Positions 28,580 through 42,528 of a DNA stretch of 64,000 nt are shown one piece after another. The translations under genes and the position numbers were made by a program. This DNA comes from Octopus vulgaris (taxonomy: Eukaryota). The stretch's first letter is position 1; every line of letters begins with the position of its first letter. The DNA is taken from assembly GCA_951406725.2 (NCBI GenBank), contig OX597819.1:108934001-108998000 (forward strand), read 5' to 3'. The notes beneath the pieces are model-generated. The model had not been told where the DNA came from. It did not search any database and was given only the letters and a program-made list of their open reading frames with translations.

Positions 28580-28887
28580 TATCACGTGACCACGTGACCG
28601 ACCAGACCATCAGATGTTGTTACACATCGCTGGTCACAATGCGTTCGCATTGTTTTAGATTTCGAATGACGCCACCCCGCTGGCTAAGCGAGCAGGCCAA
28701 CAGAAGAAAGAGTGAGAGAAAGAGTGGTGAAAGAGTACAGCAGGGATCACCCCCCACCACTGCCGGAGCGTCGTGGAGCTTTTAGGTGTTTTCGCTCAAT
28801 AAAACACTCACAACGCCCGGTCTGGGAATCGAAACCGCGATCCTACGACCGCGAGTCCGCTGCCCTAACCACTGGGCCATTGTGCCT

Positions 28888-28889
<2 letters not shown>
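28580..28889 (-). mobile_element. SINE family D, tail variant 1
   Basis: Reverse complement TGGAGGCACAATGGCCCAGTGGTTAGGGCAGCGGACTCGCGG..GGTTTCGATTCCC has A and B boxes. Confidence 0.9.
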
Positions 28890-28931
<42 letters not shown>

Positions 28932-29399
28932 TTATATATATATACATATATACATAAATATATATATATATATATAATATATTATAAATGTGCGTAGGTA
29001 TGTATGTACATGCATACATACATACATACATACATACATACATACATACATACATACATACAAAAACATGCGCGTACGTGCATCAAAACTGTCTCCATCT
29101 AAATTTATGGAATCCAGTGAAAGTGGGTACAATAGAATGCTAGCCGATCTTGATTTTTGCAGACGATCTGGTGATGAATACAACAGAAGAGATGGAACTA
29201 ATATTGGATAATTTTGTCTGGTTGTTAGCTATTCAAAGACAGATATGGCGGATATAAATTATGCCAATCCTTCCAATTACAGTGTGCAAGAACCAAAGAT
29301 ATCTTAAAGTACTGGCTGACAATACTGGTTCACTGGTTTGAGGTTTGTGGAAGGAATTAATAAAGCTGAACAAGCAATGTTAAAATTTATTTGAAAGTT

Positions 29400-29640
29400 A
29401 AAATTTATATGGAAGTTCTAACTGCATCTCGACAAGGTGAAAATATATGTATTCTGTGTAAGATCAATATTGTTTTATGAGCATCGATCTTGGCACAATA
29501 CCACTGCACCTGACACTAAATTTCTAACTTTTGAGCACAAGGTCTTGTACGGAATATTAGGAATCAGGTGGTAAGACGATATTATCAACGAAAGAGTTAG
29601 AGAAATTGTTAATGCAATAATATTTGATAAGTTTATAAGA
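29400..29640 (+). mobile_element. Degraded RTE-like LINE fragment
   Basis: KVKIYVFCVRSILFYEHRSW..TFEHKVLYGILGIRW*DDIINERVRE. Confidence 0.65.
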
Positions 29641-29643
29641 TTG

Positions 29644-29704
29644 TCTAACCCCACTTTTTGTAATTCAACGGAGTAAAAATGAAATTACAAAAAGTGGGGT
29701 TAGA
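29644..29704. repeat. Perfect 22-bp inverted repeat with 17-nt loop
   Basis: TCTAACCCCACTTTTTGTAATT / AATTACAAAAAGTGGGGTTAGA. Confidence 0.92.
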
Positions 29705-30314
29705 ATATAAATATGACTTTAGGGTGCTAACACAAAATCAGTTTGTTTGAAACGCACCTATTTTGTACCATCTGAAGTTTTGTGAAAATTTACCGAAACC
29801 CAATGCGCTCCATAGGTGTGAGAGGATTTCTTCATCTTAGAAATTCAGACAAATTTTAACAGATATAGAAAAGAATCAAATTTTATTCTTTCGCTGGCTT
29901 AACTTGGTTTAGCTTGGTTTGAGCCCTCAACTTCCAATAGAATCGTATGGATTATAATGATTTCGATTATAATGTAATGGATTATAACAATTTTTTTTTT
30001 ATCTCATGAGATGCAAGGGTTATTCCATTGCACTTCTTATACTTCGAAGAATTTATATTTTTATATTCCATGTTTTTGCTCCATTATCACGGAGTAGAAG
30101 GATGTCAATCCATTATCAACTACATTTGTAAACCAAATATAATAAAATTGTTAACATGAATGATAATACACGTAGATAGATATGTGGAAGTAGTACAACA
30201 AAGAAGTTCCACAGTAAACTCACGTTAGCTTGGAAAATTCTTTGACCGAAGAATTTCTACAATGTCCTTCTAAAACAAAAGCCATAATATGGAGTTGTGG
30301 TATGTGTACTGAAC

Positions 30315-30670
30315 GCCAGTCCTCGCCATCTGGCACGGTCATGTACCAGAACTTGGATCTCTGCTAATCCTCTGCCTGTCTATTCTTTGATGGTTCCAAT
30401 CCGCTTTTCCTCTGTTCGCCTCTCCTTCTTTTCCTCTCCATAGTTCCATAAAGAATGACTTTTCAAGGCCACTGGATTTGGCTTCGTGTTCCCGTCATTT
30501 TACCTTTGTTTCTTTCACCGTTGTGAAGTCATCGTCGAGATTAATGCGAAGCGGGACGGTTTCACACACCTGCTCATTAGTGATGTGGTTCAAATATGAG
30601 ATTTCTAAGATGTTTCAATAGTATCTAATTTCCAGTGGTTATCAAAGATCCCCAACTCTGGCATACAACA
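30315..30670 (-). mobile_element. Degraded RTE (BovB-like) LINE C-terminal fragment
   Basis: ILEISYLNHITNEQV..ILYGTMERKRRRG..HDRARWRGL. Confidence 0.7.
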
Positions 30671-31783
30671 ACGACAGATGGACAAGACTAGTGAATAATA
30701 TATATGTCACAACGGTATTAGTACGACTCCATCGGAAGTTGAGAACTCAAATCGCTGTATCTCTACCGTGAGGGTTCATATGACTACAAGATGAAGAGTA
30801 CCATGGCACGCAGAAGTTTGAAATTACTCTCCATCATGATGTTTCTATTTCTCCATGGTAGCTTTATCGTATGAAATGGGTCCAATACTTAGCAATGTCA
30901 ATATGCAAAAATTTCGTTGGCTAGGAACGGGCCATATTCCCCCCCCCCTTCTTTTTTGTTCACAATGATACGGTTGAAATGTTGAATGAATGAAAAAAGT
31001 AGGCTTTCATTTTGAATTTATTAATTTTATTGCTAAAAGTTTAAATGGAACATGACGGTTCCAGGAAAAGAAAGTAAAGCAAAGCTGAAGAGTTTTGTTC
31101 ATAATGGTACAATGTGTGTCAAGAGAAAAGCAAGAATGTGTCTGTAAAAGGTGATGAGTGTGGTACCGTTAGTGTAGAGGTTATTTTTACAACACATAGT
31201 TTTGGCAGTTGTAACTGTGGAAACTCTGGTAAATACAAGAATTTTCTGGCCTTTATTCTTCGCTGCTCGCGTCGCTAAGCTCTTGCCATCGAGACTGTTT
31301 GCTTATGAAGCTGTGTCATTTTTCTTCAGATCTGGTTTCATTTTATGTGCTGAACAACAAATCTGATTGGACAGATCTGTGGTGACGTCAACATTAAAAA
31401 ATCGAAGATATGTTTATATATAATTTCACTGGTCAGATTTTTGCTGACGTCATTACTCAATATTGATATTGTTCATGAAAATATTTGCAATTGGAAAACA
31501 GTCTTGATTCAAATTGAAGCTGAGACCTTCTATACCTTAAACTATAGTCTATCACAGACTAGCGGTTTGGAATTACCTGTATATTATTATGGAGAATATC
31601 TGGAAATTATATTACTATTTGTTCCAATGAGGGTGGTAGTTTGACAGAATCTTTGGAGCGTCAAACAAAATGCTTTGCAGTATTTAGCTACAATGATTTA
31701 AGTTCTCAGTTCAAATCCTGCCGAAGTGAACTTTACCCTCCTATACTTTCGATGTTGGAAAAGTTTGTACTAGAGTCCGATTT

Positions 31784-31784
<1 letters not shown>

Positions 31785-31864
<80 letters not shown>

Positions 31865-31901
31865 TACTCGGCCGCTCTCTCAGTCTCTCTCTTTTACTCG
31901 T

Positions 31902-31942
<41 letters not shown>

Positions 31943-31972
31943 TCTCTCTCTCTTACTCTCTTACTCTCTCTC
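31785..31972. repeat. (CT)n microsatellite, interrupted
   Basis: Seen directly. Confidence 0.95.
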
Positions 31973-32201
31973 CCCCCTTTTCTCAGTCATTCATTCTTTC
32001 TCGCCGAAAGAAATCGACTATAATCAGTCCTGGTGAGGGATGGGTTCCGCCAGGTTTTTAAAACGTCCAAGACACTCCATAGGTCACGATGACGCCCTCT
32101 ATGACCCCTTCATGAGTTAAGGTCGTCTGGAATCTTATGGAATCATATGGAATGTATAATGCATACGTACACACACACACACACACACACACACATGCAG
32201 A

Positions 32202-32233
<32 letters not shown>

Positions 32234-32814
32234 CTGTGTCTGTCTGTCTGTGTGCGTGCACATGTATGTATCCATTATATGTACGTATTTATATAGACAC
32301 ACACATAGGCTCATGCATTCCCACAAATACATGCGCATATATGCAGAATGAACAACTACACTGCACATACTCAGACACACACAGATACGCACATACACAC
32401 ACACATACACATACACATGCACTCTATCTCTTTCTGTCTCTCCATACATGCACGCGCGCAAATGCAACCACACACTCACACATGTGTGTGTATATGTGTG
32501 TGTGTATGTTTGTCAGTACATGTGTTAGTGCGTCTGTGCTTGCGAATACGCGTGTGTGTATGCATGTGTGTGTTTTTGTGAGTGTGTTTGTAGATAAACA
32601 TTTTTTTAAATTTAGGAACGAGAGGAAAAGATCTTTAAAAAAAAAAGACGAAGGAGAAATGAAAACGTTTATTATCTATATAGATTGATAGCTAACTTGT
32701 TAATAAGCTATATAAGTGTGTGTATATGTGTGTGTATTGATAGAGAGACGGACACAGACAGACACACTGATAGTAAGAGGTTGTTAAAGGAAAAATATGA
32801 CGAGATGACAAGAA

Positions 32815-33032
32815 GAGAGAGAATTGGGAAAGAGAAAAGAGAGAGGGAATGGGAAAGAGAAAAGAGAGAGAGAATGGGAAAGAGAAAAGAGAGAGAGAAT
32901 GGGAAAGAGAAAAGAGAGAGAATTGGGAAAGAGAAAAGAGAGAGAATGGGAAAGAGAAAAGAGAGAGAGAATTGGGAAAGAGAAAAGAGAGAGAGAATGG
33001 GAAAGAGAAAAGAGAGAGAGTATGGGAAAGAG
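32815..33032. repeat. Purine-rich minisatellite, ~9 units of GAAT(T)GGGAAAGAGAAAA(GA)n
   Basis: Seen directly. Confidence 0.92.
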
Positions 33033-34684
33033 AACGAAAACAAAATGACAGGAAAATGGAAGGGATGCATGAAAACGGGCGGGAGAAAGGAAGCAACAGA
33101 TAAATAAGGGCTTGTAACAGGTTTTCTTACAGATTTTCAAGGAAAGAACAGCCGATGAGATCGGTACTTTATTTTACCCTTCACAGAATTTACATTCGGA
33201 ATATAAAGGGACGTAACTAAACAGTTACATGCTATTTTAATCCGACACTACGGATTCTGGTTTTTATAACAGTTTTGGTAAGGAGATACAGAAATATAAG
33301 ATGTGATAAAGACAGGAGAAGGAGAAATGGAGTGAGAGAGAAAGAGAAGTAACAAAGAGAAAGAAACAGTGGAAAGGGAAAGACAGGAAGAGAGAGATAT
33401 GTGAGTGAATGTGTGCGTGTGTTTGTATGCGTGCGTGCGTGCGCATGCTTGTGAATGTAAGGTTAAGGGAGAGAAAGGGGGCGAGTGCGAGAGCAATTGG
33501 CAAATTGGAGAAAAAGAATTACGAGTTATAGAGAGAAAATGTATGTGTACGAGAGAAAGAGAATAAGGGAGAAAAAAGAGAGGAGAGAGAATCAAAGAGA
33601 AAACGTGCGTGAAAGAAAGTGTGTGACTGAAAGAGAGACAGAGAGAGGTAAAGAGGGAGACAAAGAAAGTTAACTCTAACTTTCTTTCTTTGCCTTTCTC
33701 TTTACTTCTCTCTTCCGCAAGTAAAATAGGAAAATATAAGAGAGAGTATGGTAATGTATCAAACAGAAAGAAGAAAAGAGAATGTTAGAGATGGAGAGAG
33801 GGAGAAAGAGAGATAGAGAGGGGGAGAGAAGGGAGAGGGGAGAGAAACAGAGAGGGGAGAGAGAAGGGGAGAGAAAGAGAGAGAGAGAGACCAGATTACA
33901 GTGGAAAGCAGTAGTAAGAGTGTGTCAGAAACGAAAAAAAAGCAGATAAAAATTAGAAATTGAAGAAAAAAGAAAATGACTCCTCACCTTTAACAATCAA
34001 ACTACATCTAACTATTTCTACTAGACTGAAACATATCCATAGCTGTCATCGTGTAACAAATATCAGATCGCCCCCACTAAGACTAAAATTTAAAATTCAA
34101 GTGAAATTTTAAAATTCCGTGAAATTATTTCCCCTTGTTGTTGTTATTGTTATTATTAAAGTTATTAACAACTGCTGCTAAGTTGTTCTTTTATTTTAAT
34201 TTTGTTTCTTTTCCGACAGCTACCTAAATCATATAAATTCATGCCTTTGGCCCGCTTATGTTTTGTAATAATACAAATTTTATTGGCCACAATTATTTGT
34301 AACTGTTCCGCTAATGAGGTCAAGTAAGACGAAAACATGTTCACAGTTGTCTACCTTGCCTGCTAACAACGATCAAATTTTCCCTCTAAACACGAAATTT
34401 AATGTTGTTATAATTTAGAAGGGTTACATTAAAGTGAGAACACCAATTTATAACAATATCGATTTCAACACACGGTTTCAGATCAAAATTCTTACAAAAC
34501 AAATTGAAAAACAAAAAATAAAATTATCTATGAAATTAATTTCGTCAAATTATCTCCCCTCTCTAGATAGTAGCTAGAAATTGCCGCTAGGCTTTCGTCT
34601 TTCTCCCCAGCTAAGAGACAATTTCAACTCATTGAAATTTTTTCTTTTTTTTTTGCGTACGTCATTTAGTACATCACCAAATAC

Positions 34685-34781
34685 TTGATCTCTTTCTATA
34701 TTCCTTCCAATTTCTCTTCCTCCTTTCTCTATCATACTTGCTACCCCTCCCCATATTTTTTAAAATCTCTCTTCGTCTTTC

Positions 34782-34838
<57 letters not shown>

Positions 34839-35964
34839 TTTCCATTTATGCTAGTCTCTCTCTCTTTTCCTACTCTTTCATCATTCCAGCCGGCTTTATC
34901 AATGTTGACCTCTGTCTCTCTCCTGTTATCTACATCTATTTTAACTACTTTCGTTTTCCCCTTCTTTCATTATTGTCTCTCTCTCTTTCTCTCTCCTCTC
35001 TGTTGTCTCCATCTAGGCTATCCTCTCTCTCTCCCTCTCTCTGTCTCATTACCGTCTTTCTTCCGCAGTGTTTCTTTCCTCTGCCGTCTCTATGTTACCT
35101 TCTCTCCTTCGATATTGTCTCTTTTACCTCTGATGTCTCTGTGTTGCCTTCTCACTCTCTCCTTCCATTTATTTTACCTCTCGCTCTCTCTATCTCTCCC
35201 TGTCTCTCTATCTCTCCCTCCCTTTCTCTCTATTTCTACCTACCTACCTATCTTTTCTTTTCTTTTCTTGTACGTTTTCCTAAATCTCTTTTTCGTCATC
35301 TACCAACCTCATTTAATTTCTTACTTTTGAGTTCCTTTCATCCCAAAATCTTTTGCCGTTATTCTTCGCCAATCTATCTTCTCGCCTCTCCATTTTCTTT
35401 TTAAAAAATTGACTTTATCCACCTCTGTCATTTGTCTTTATCTTTAGCACCCACTCAACTACATATCGCTTATATCTTTCTTCTATCTCTCGTGTCTTGC
35501 TTCGTCTTTCAAAATTATCCTTCTCTCTCTTTCTTGTTTCATTCCTTCTTTCTTTCTCGTTCTCTTTCTCTCTATCATTACTCCTCAGTATACTGTATAT
35601 TCTTCATTCAATCTATTTCCTCTCACCATACCTTTCGCTCGCTCTCCTCTCCCTCTCTTTCCTTATTTCTTTATCTTACACATTTTCCATTTTCTCAACT
35701 TCTGCCTTCTTTTTCCTTTCATCTCTCCCTCTCTTTTTTCTTCTTTCTCTTATTTCATATTTACTTTTTATTTTCCTTTCACTTCACTTCTTTTCTTTCA
35801 TCTTTTCCCTCTCTCTCTCTCTCTATCTGTCTGTCTTTCTCTTTCTCATTCTCGCTCACCACTTCGTCCTTCTTAACTTCCACTCATCCTGAACTTACCC
35901 TTCGCACTCGAAAGTACTTTCTCTTTCTCTTTATCTCTCTATCCCTCCCTCCCCGTCTCTCTCT

Positions 35965-36004
<40 letters not shown>

Positions 36005-36840
36005 ATCGCTTTCTCTTTCACACACACAAACATATGCACATACTCACACTTGCTCCTTTTATGTTCTACATATCTTTCATTTCTCAACCTTTCATTTTCG
36101 TCTGTCGTCAGTTATGGTTTTTGTCTCTCACACTTCGTTACATGCTACCTTTCTTTCACATGTCTTTCCTCTCACTCTCACTGTCTCTCTCATTCCTTGT
36201 CCCTCTCATTCCTTGTCTCTCTCACTCCCTATCTCTCTCACTCTCTCTCTCTCTCTCTCACTTTCACTTTCTGTCTCTGTCGCTATCACTACCTTCTTTT
36301 TCGTCTATCGTCTGTTATGTCTTTCCTCTCTCACTCACCCTGTCTCTCACTTTCTGTTCCTCATACTCACTTTTATCCTCCTCTCTCTCTCTCTCTAAAT
36401 GCTCACTATGTCTCATTCATTCTCTCTTTCCTTTTATATTCTATACACTCTTTATATCAATACCTTTCTCCTACATCTGTTGTCTGTCGTCTGTTTTTGC
36501 CTTTCCCTCTCACTCTCCCTTACATTTATCCTCTCTCTTTCTCTCAATCTCTCCCTTCCTTTATACTTTGTATACTCCCCCTCCGTTTCTCTATTGCCCT
36601 TTTTTATCTGCCGTCTGCTCCGTCTTCCACACTCACTATTTCTTTATCTATTATCTTTCTCTACCTTCCTCGTTCCTTTTCTTCTGGTTTCCTCACTCTC
36701 ATCTACCCCCCTTTTTTTTACATTTCTTATTTTCTACATTAAATTCTTCTACATCCTTCGTCTAAGCCTTATAGTCCCTTCTTTCTCTTACGCCTCTACC
36801 ATTCATATTTCATGTTTCGTCTTTTCCATCTCTTCATCTG
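34685..36840. repeat. ~2.1-kb polypyrimidine (CT-rich) low-complexity tract
   Basis: Strong strand asymmetry; source of the long S/L/F-rich ORFs. Confidence 0.9.
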
Positions 36841-37255
36841 TTATTCTATATATATATATATATATATAGAATAACAGTTGAAGAGATGGAAAAGACTAGA
36901 CAACATATATACATACATACATACATACATACATACATACATACATACATACATACATACATAGACATACATACATACATGCATACATAATACATACATA
37001 TGCATACTTATATATTTATGCCTATATGTATACTTACACATGTATATGTATATATATGTGTAAATATATGTATATGTATGTATGTGTGTGTGTGTGTGTG
37101 TATATATATACACACACATGTATCTATCTACTTAGCTTTTACACATACATAGATGCTTACACTTTACATTTACATGCACAACATACGCAATAAGCACGTG
37201 CATATATACACATATATGCGTTCACACCTGCACGTACACACTCAGACATATACAA

Positions 37256-37289
<34 letters not shown>

Positions 37290-38104
37290 ATGTATATATA
37301 TATGCACACACACACACACACACACATACATCAGTCAAAACTATGCATTACTCAATTCTATATACATACAGTTACGTAACACTATACATATACACATACA
37401 TATACTAATGCATACACTAACGTTCACTGCACATATGAACACCCATATGTACATTATTACACAAATTACTGATTTATATTAGGTATTTCCTACCTATAGT
37501 CACGTACACTGCCAGTGTACACTTCATAAATACACAACCACAGACTGTATACACATACATATACGCATACAGATAGTGTTGGCGACAATATATATGTATG
37601 CGATCAGATAGGGAAACCTCAATGTGGTTGTACGATCTGTTAGAAAGAGCAGCCAAATCACACTGAAATCACGGCCTGTCTTTTGGGGAAAGGAAAGGAC
37701 ATATTAGAAAATGCATGCCTATATAGTCCTTAAAAAGAAGGATGGCCATGGCTGGAATCTCTTTGAATATAAGCTTGCCTTACCAGTGATGACTTACGCT
37801 TAAACAAGAATGACAACATAGGTGCACACAAACAACACACACACACACACACACAACCATTCATAAAAAATCAATCAACATCTCACACAACCACACATAC
37901 ACACGCACACACGCACGCACACACGCACACACACACACACACACAGAGGTTTGCCTACAACATACATATACTATCAATTTCATACTCGCATGCATACACG
38001 CACATGCACAAACACTTGAGCACACATACATTCATGTACATGTATGTGAGCACGCATGCACGCTCTTGCACATACACATGCACACAAATGCAAACAAATA
38101 CATC

Positions 38105-38115
38105 GATAGACAGAC

Positions 38116-38177
<62 letters not shown>

Positions 38178-38182
38178 GTTGG

Positions 38183-38233
<51 letters not shown>

Positions 38234-38234
38234 G

Positions 38235-38279
<45 letters not shown>

Positions 38280-38280
38280 C

Positions 38281-38317
<37 letters not shown>

Positions 38318-38322
38318 GTTGG

Positions 38323-38385
<63 letters not shown>

Positions 38386-38388
38386 ATC

Positions 38389-38446
<58 letters not shown>
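38105..38446. repeat. (GATA)n array, ~340 bp
   Basis: Seen directly; repeated GGTTGG and ATCGAT variants. Confidence 0.97.
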
Positions 38447-38956
38447 CAATGTTCACATTATGTGTGTGTGTGCGTGTGTGTGATAGCATGTGTATGTGTG
38501 TGTGATAGCATGCGTGTTGTTGATGGGGACACACACGCTCAGGCAACATCGTACGTACAGTCAATGAAGAGCAAAATGCACAATAGCACCTGGCGTCGCA
38601 TACATACATAACATATACATACAGATAGACAGACAGATACATATATGCATACATATGCGCACTCACACATTTATACACATAGGCACCACTGTCACCTGCA
38701 CGAGATGCCAGAATCAAAACATTGTTGATAAGAACGCACTGCATCTGTCTTACACATCTCTTCTTTGCTTTCTCTCCTCCTTTCTCCCTTCTCTCTCTCT
38801 CTCTCTCTCTCCCTCTCTCTCTCTCCTTGTCTTTCTCTTGTGATTGTTATAATTCTTCATCATCTTCGTCGTCTTCATCATCACGATAATCGTTATCTTC
38901 GTTGTCGGCGTCATCGCTGTTGTGGTCGTCATCATCATTATCATCATCAATCTTCA

Positions 38957-39054
<98 letters not shown>

Positions 39055-40768
39055 TTTCCAATTCCTCTTTTCCTGTTTCTTCCCATCCTGTTCCTTATTC
39101 TTGTCTTCCTCACCAAGATCTACATTTTCATCTGTTCCACATAAATCAGCACCCCCCCACACACACACATCATTCTCCCCTTCCCCTTTCTCAGTCGCCC
39201 TTCCTTGGCTGACTTTAACAGTTTCGCTCTGTTGCATGCTTGCAAACCCTTCCTCTTAGTTTGAGGATAAAAGCAAATACGGGATCTCGAGAAGGTCTCA
39301 AATACAGGATCTCAGCTGCGGACCACTGACTTACACTTTCAACACTACGATCTAACACAGGAGTATATACTGGACACTTGAACTGCTAGAAATAGCAACC
39401 AAATCTCCCTCAGATCACTCCTTGATACCGTTTTCAAAAAGGGTAGTTGGACAACGTAATACTGGGGGGCCCCCAGTTGCAAGGAAAAAGACAGGACGGT
39501 CATATCTGGAATGCTTTTAATCGTATGTTTGCTAAATCAGAGATTGATCTGGCGTTAAGTAACAGCAGCAAGAATATCAGCTGACACCACCTTACTAACA
39601 CATAGCCGAGTCAGTTATAAAAACATTCACTTGGTTACTTAATTTATTAAAAAAATTACAGTAAAGACCTCCTTCTAATCACACCTAAATCTTCTTAAAA
39701 ACGGAATGATGCACTGGATATATGCAGTCCTGGATATAAAATGTCTGAATAAAAAAATGAGATGATAATAGTTGAAACTTCTTTGATCGTATGTGTCCTG
39801 GGTCAGCCATGAACTGGACTTAAAACAACAACTAAGCACATAAACCATAACTCTTTCTCCTTTGGAACACGAGTTTCCTAAACTTTATCTCTTACCTATC
39901 TCTACAACCAGGCTATAATCGCTCTTAAACCGCTCTTTGTCTTTTTACCAAATATTTTTTTTTACCTACATTTCAGAAACAAAAACTTCCATTTACTCTA
40001 TCTTCCTCTAAATTCATCTGCTCCCCAATACAGCCTGCAACCATGACACGACCATTTTGCAGAGTTTCAAAGACATGTGGAGAAAAAGTAGGAAGAAACC
40101 TCGAACCGAAGAACTTATCTGAAGCCATATAATAGAATGGCCTCCACCAAAAGCGCCTAACGATCAGGTGATGGTATTGCAGCAGGAAACGGATTACATC
40201 TTCGATTGTATCTCAAATTGTTCTTCAATTCCCACTCTTGTGACTTCTACGTATAAAACTCTTCCTGTCCTCTTTCATTCCTTCCACACCGAGACTGCTG
40301 GCTTAGAGCCGAAATATTTGATTTTCTAAACTGACTGCACCAATTATTATCCACTCCTATCCGTATTATCCTTGGCCGACACACAAACTGTCCAAGCAAT
40401 CTAAATGCCCCTCTTCACCGCCAAACCCACTTTTACTCCGCTATCGCCATCGCTTTTCACGTTGGATCGTCTCACCACTGGTAACACACCTCACACCTTA
40501 CTGAACATAAGTTTCTGCTTCGTGAGTCTTCAGGTACATAAATTCAGCAAGCTGTTTGGAGCTCTGCCAATACTACGTTGACGATCTTTGGCAGCAAATG
40601 TGCTTCACTAGCAACTCTGTATCATCTGAGATAGCTAAGCGGGAAACCGTAACTATCTTTTTATGCCTGTCTCTTCACATTTTTCACGCAACTAAAGTTC
40701 CTCCAAGGCTACCAGAGTATTCAATTACAGTTGAACAAGTCACCAATCATAACATAGTTAACTTAGGC

Positions 40769-41096
40769 CAAAGTCGGAATAAAACACATAGGGGAACTAA
40801 GCACTCAGGAGATTTTGGAGCCGCCATATATGCATAATTCAAAATATAAACAATAATAATAAATTAAAATTAACAATAATAATAAATAAAAATAAAAATA
40901 TAAAAATTCTAAAAATTAAAATAAATTATTATTTTTGTAGGAGTGGCTGTGTGGTACCACATGGTTCCGGGTTCAGTCCCACTGCGTGTCTTCTACTATA
41001 GCCTTGGGCCGACCGAAGCCTTGTGAGTGGATTTGGTAGACGGAAACTGAAAGAAGCCCGTCGTATATATGTGTATATGTATGTGTGTGTGTATGT

Positions 41097-41137
<41 letters not shown>

Positions 41138-41639
41138 TGTATCTGTTTTTGTCCCCACAACATCGCTTGACAACTGATGCTGGTGTGTTTACGTCCCCGT
41201 AACTTAGCGGTTCGGCAAAAGAGAACGATAGAATAAGTACAAGGCTTACAAAGAATAAGTCCTGGGGTCGATTTGGTCGACTAAAGGCGGTGCACCAGCA
41301 TGGCCACAATCAAATGACTGACACAAGTAAAAAAAAATTTTTTGAAAATGAAACAAAACTAAGATGGAATATAATGTTTCTTTTTGTAATCTTGCACTTT
41401 GTATTTGAAAAGTTTATCCTACGTTTTTAATTGCAAAATCTTTGATCAGATTCTCACTATGACACCATGAATACTTTGAAATAATATTTCCAATCATATA
41501 AACCAATACGAATATTATCTTAGCAAGTTTCAAGTGATTTCTTTTGTGTTGTAAATCATTTACCATTTCTGTGGCTCCAACTCCTTCCTTTGATGCCCTA
41601 AGCAAGTACTTATTTTGCTTAATGGTTAATCCACCACTG
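40769..41639. mobile_element. hAT-derived MITE containing a nested SINE
   Basis: Termini CAAAGTCGGAATAA / TTAATCCACCACTG; 8-bp TSD ACTTAGGC / ACTAAGGC; colinear with 57106-57544. Confidence 0.8.
40938..41335 (+). mobile_element. SINE family A
   Basis: Near full length, inside the AT-rich part of the MITE. Confidence 0.92.
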
Positions 41640-41999
41640 ACTAAGGCGTTTCTGTATGGTCACTCGACCCTACCGTCTTAAAATAGGATAATGATGTACA
41701 TAATTCCAGGATAACATATGAAATTATTATGGATCGATAGCACTGGATCATAGGTCTGCTCGATCAGACCTGATTTAGGGTTAAACAACAAACGACAACT
41801 TGGAAGCAACGCTTGCAAAGTGACCAGCAAGTAAACAAACCATAGTGCAGTACATTGTACAGCCTACAAGTCTTCTAGCTTACCTAAAGGCCAGCTAGAC
41901 TTTCTGATCTCTTGCTTAGAGAGTCCCTTATAACTTCGCAGGATCCCTCTCACCTATTACTGCTCAGCCAGCGGATAGTAACTTGGCACATTGTAAGCA

Positions 42000-42520
42000 T
42001 CTTCCGATTTTGAATTTGTTTTGCAAGAATTTTGATGTGAAACTGTGCTGAAACCCATATTGTTGTATTCTAGGAAGGTCATAATTAATAAAGCCTATAA
42101 GTACATTCCCGGTTCTTGTTTGTCTATATTTCACTGCACTTTCTTTTTCCAAATAACCTGATGCTTGTTTGTGGACTCCAGAATATGTTTCGCCCCATTA
42201 ATTTTATAGCTTTATCAATGGGTATACTGTGTAAGTCATACCTATTTAAGAAGACACCTTGCACCGACAACAACGATAAAGTATGCCCAACTCACCTTCC
42301 AAAAGCAAAGAAAGAGAGATGGGGGAATTATACTCATTGAGAAAGCTACGGATTGGTGCAGCAAATAATATTTCTGAGGACAATTGACAAAATATTTTTA
42401 GGGATCAACAACAAATGCTTAGAAAAAAAGTGAAGTGAAATATAGACAAGCAACAACCGGTGAGTATGTTTAAAGGGTTTATTAATTATGATTCTTCTTA
42501 AATATAGTGAGAAAACCAGC
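42000..42520. mobile_element. Old fold-back element with diverged long inverted arms
   Basis: About 42065-42150 is an imperfect reverse complement of about 42420-42505; a fragment of the same sequence lies at about 34450-34510. Confidence 0.65.
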
Positions 42521-42528
42521 ATCAAATA

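Noticed and set aside
35432-36742. 436-aa ORF and overlapping ORFs
   Set aside because: Stop codons are rare in polypyrimidine DNA; the products are S/L/F-rich and have no recognisable domain.
39950-40740. Host exon in non-microsatellite sequence (ORF 40556-40837)
   Set aside because: No recognisable domain and frequent stops; probably an old LINE remnant, but I cannot classify it.
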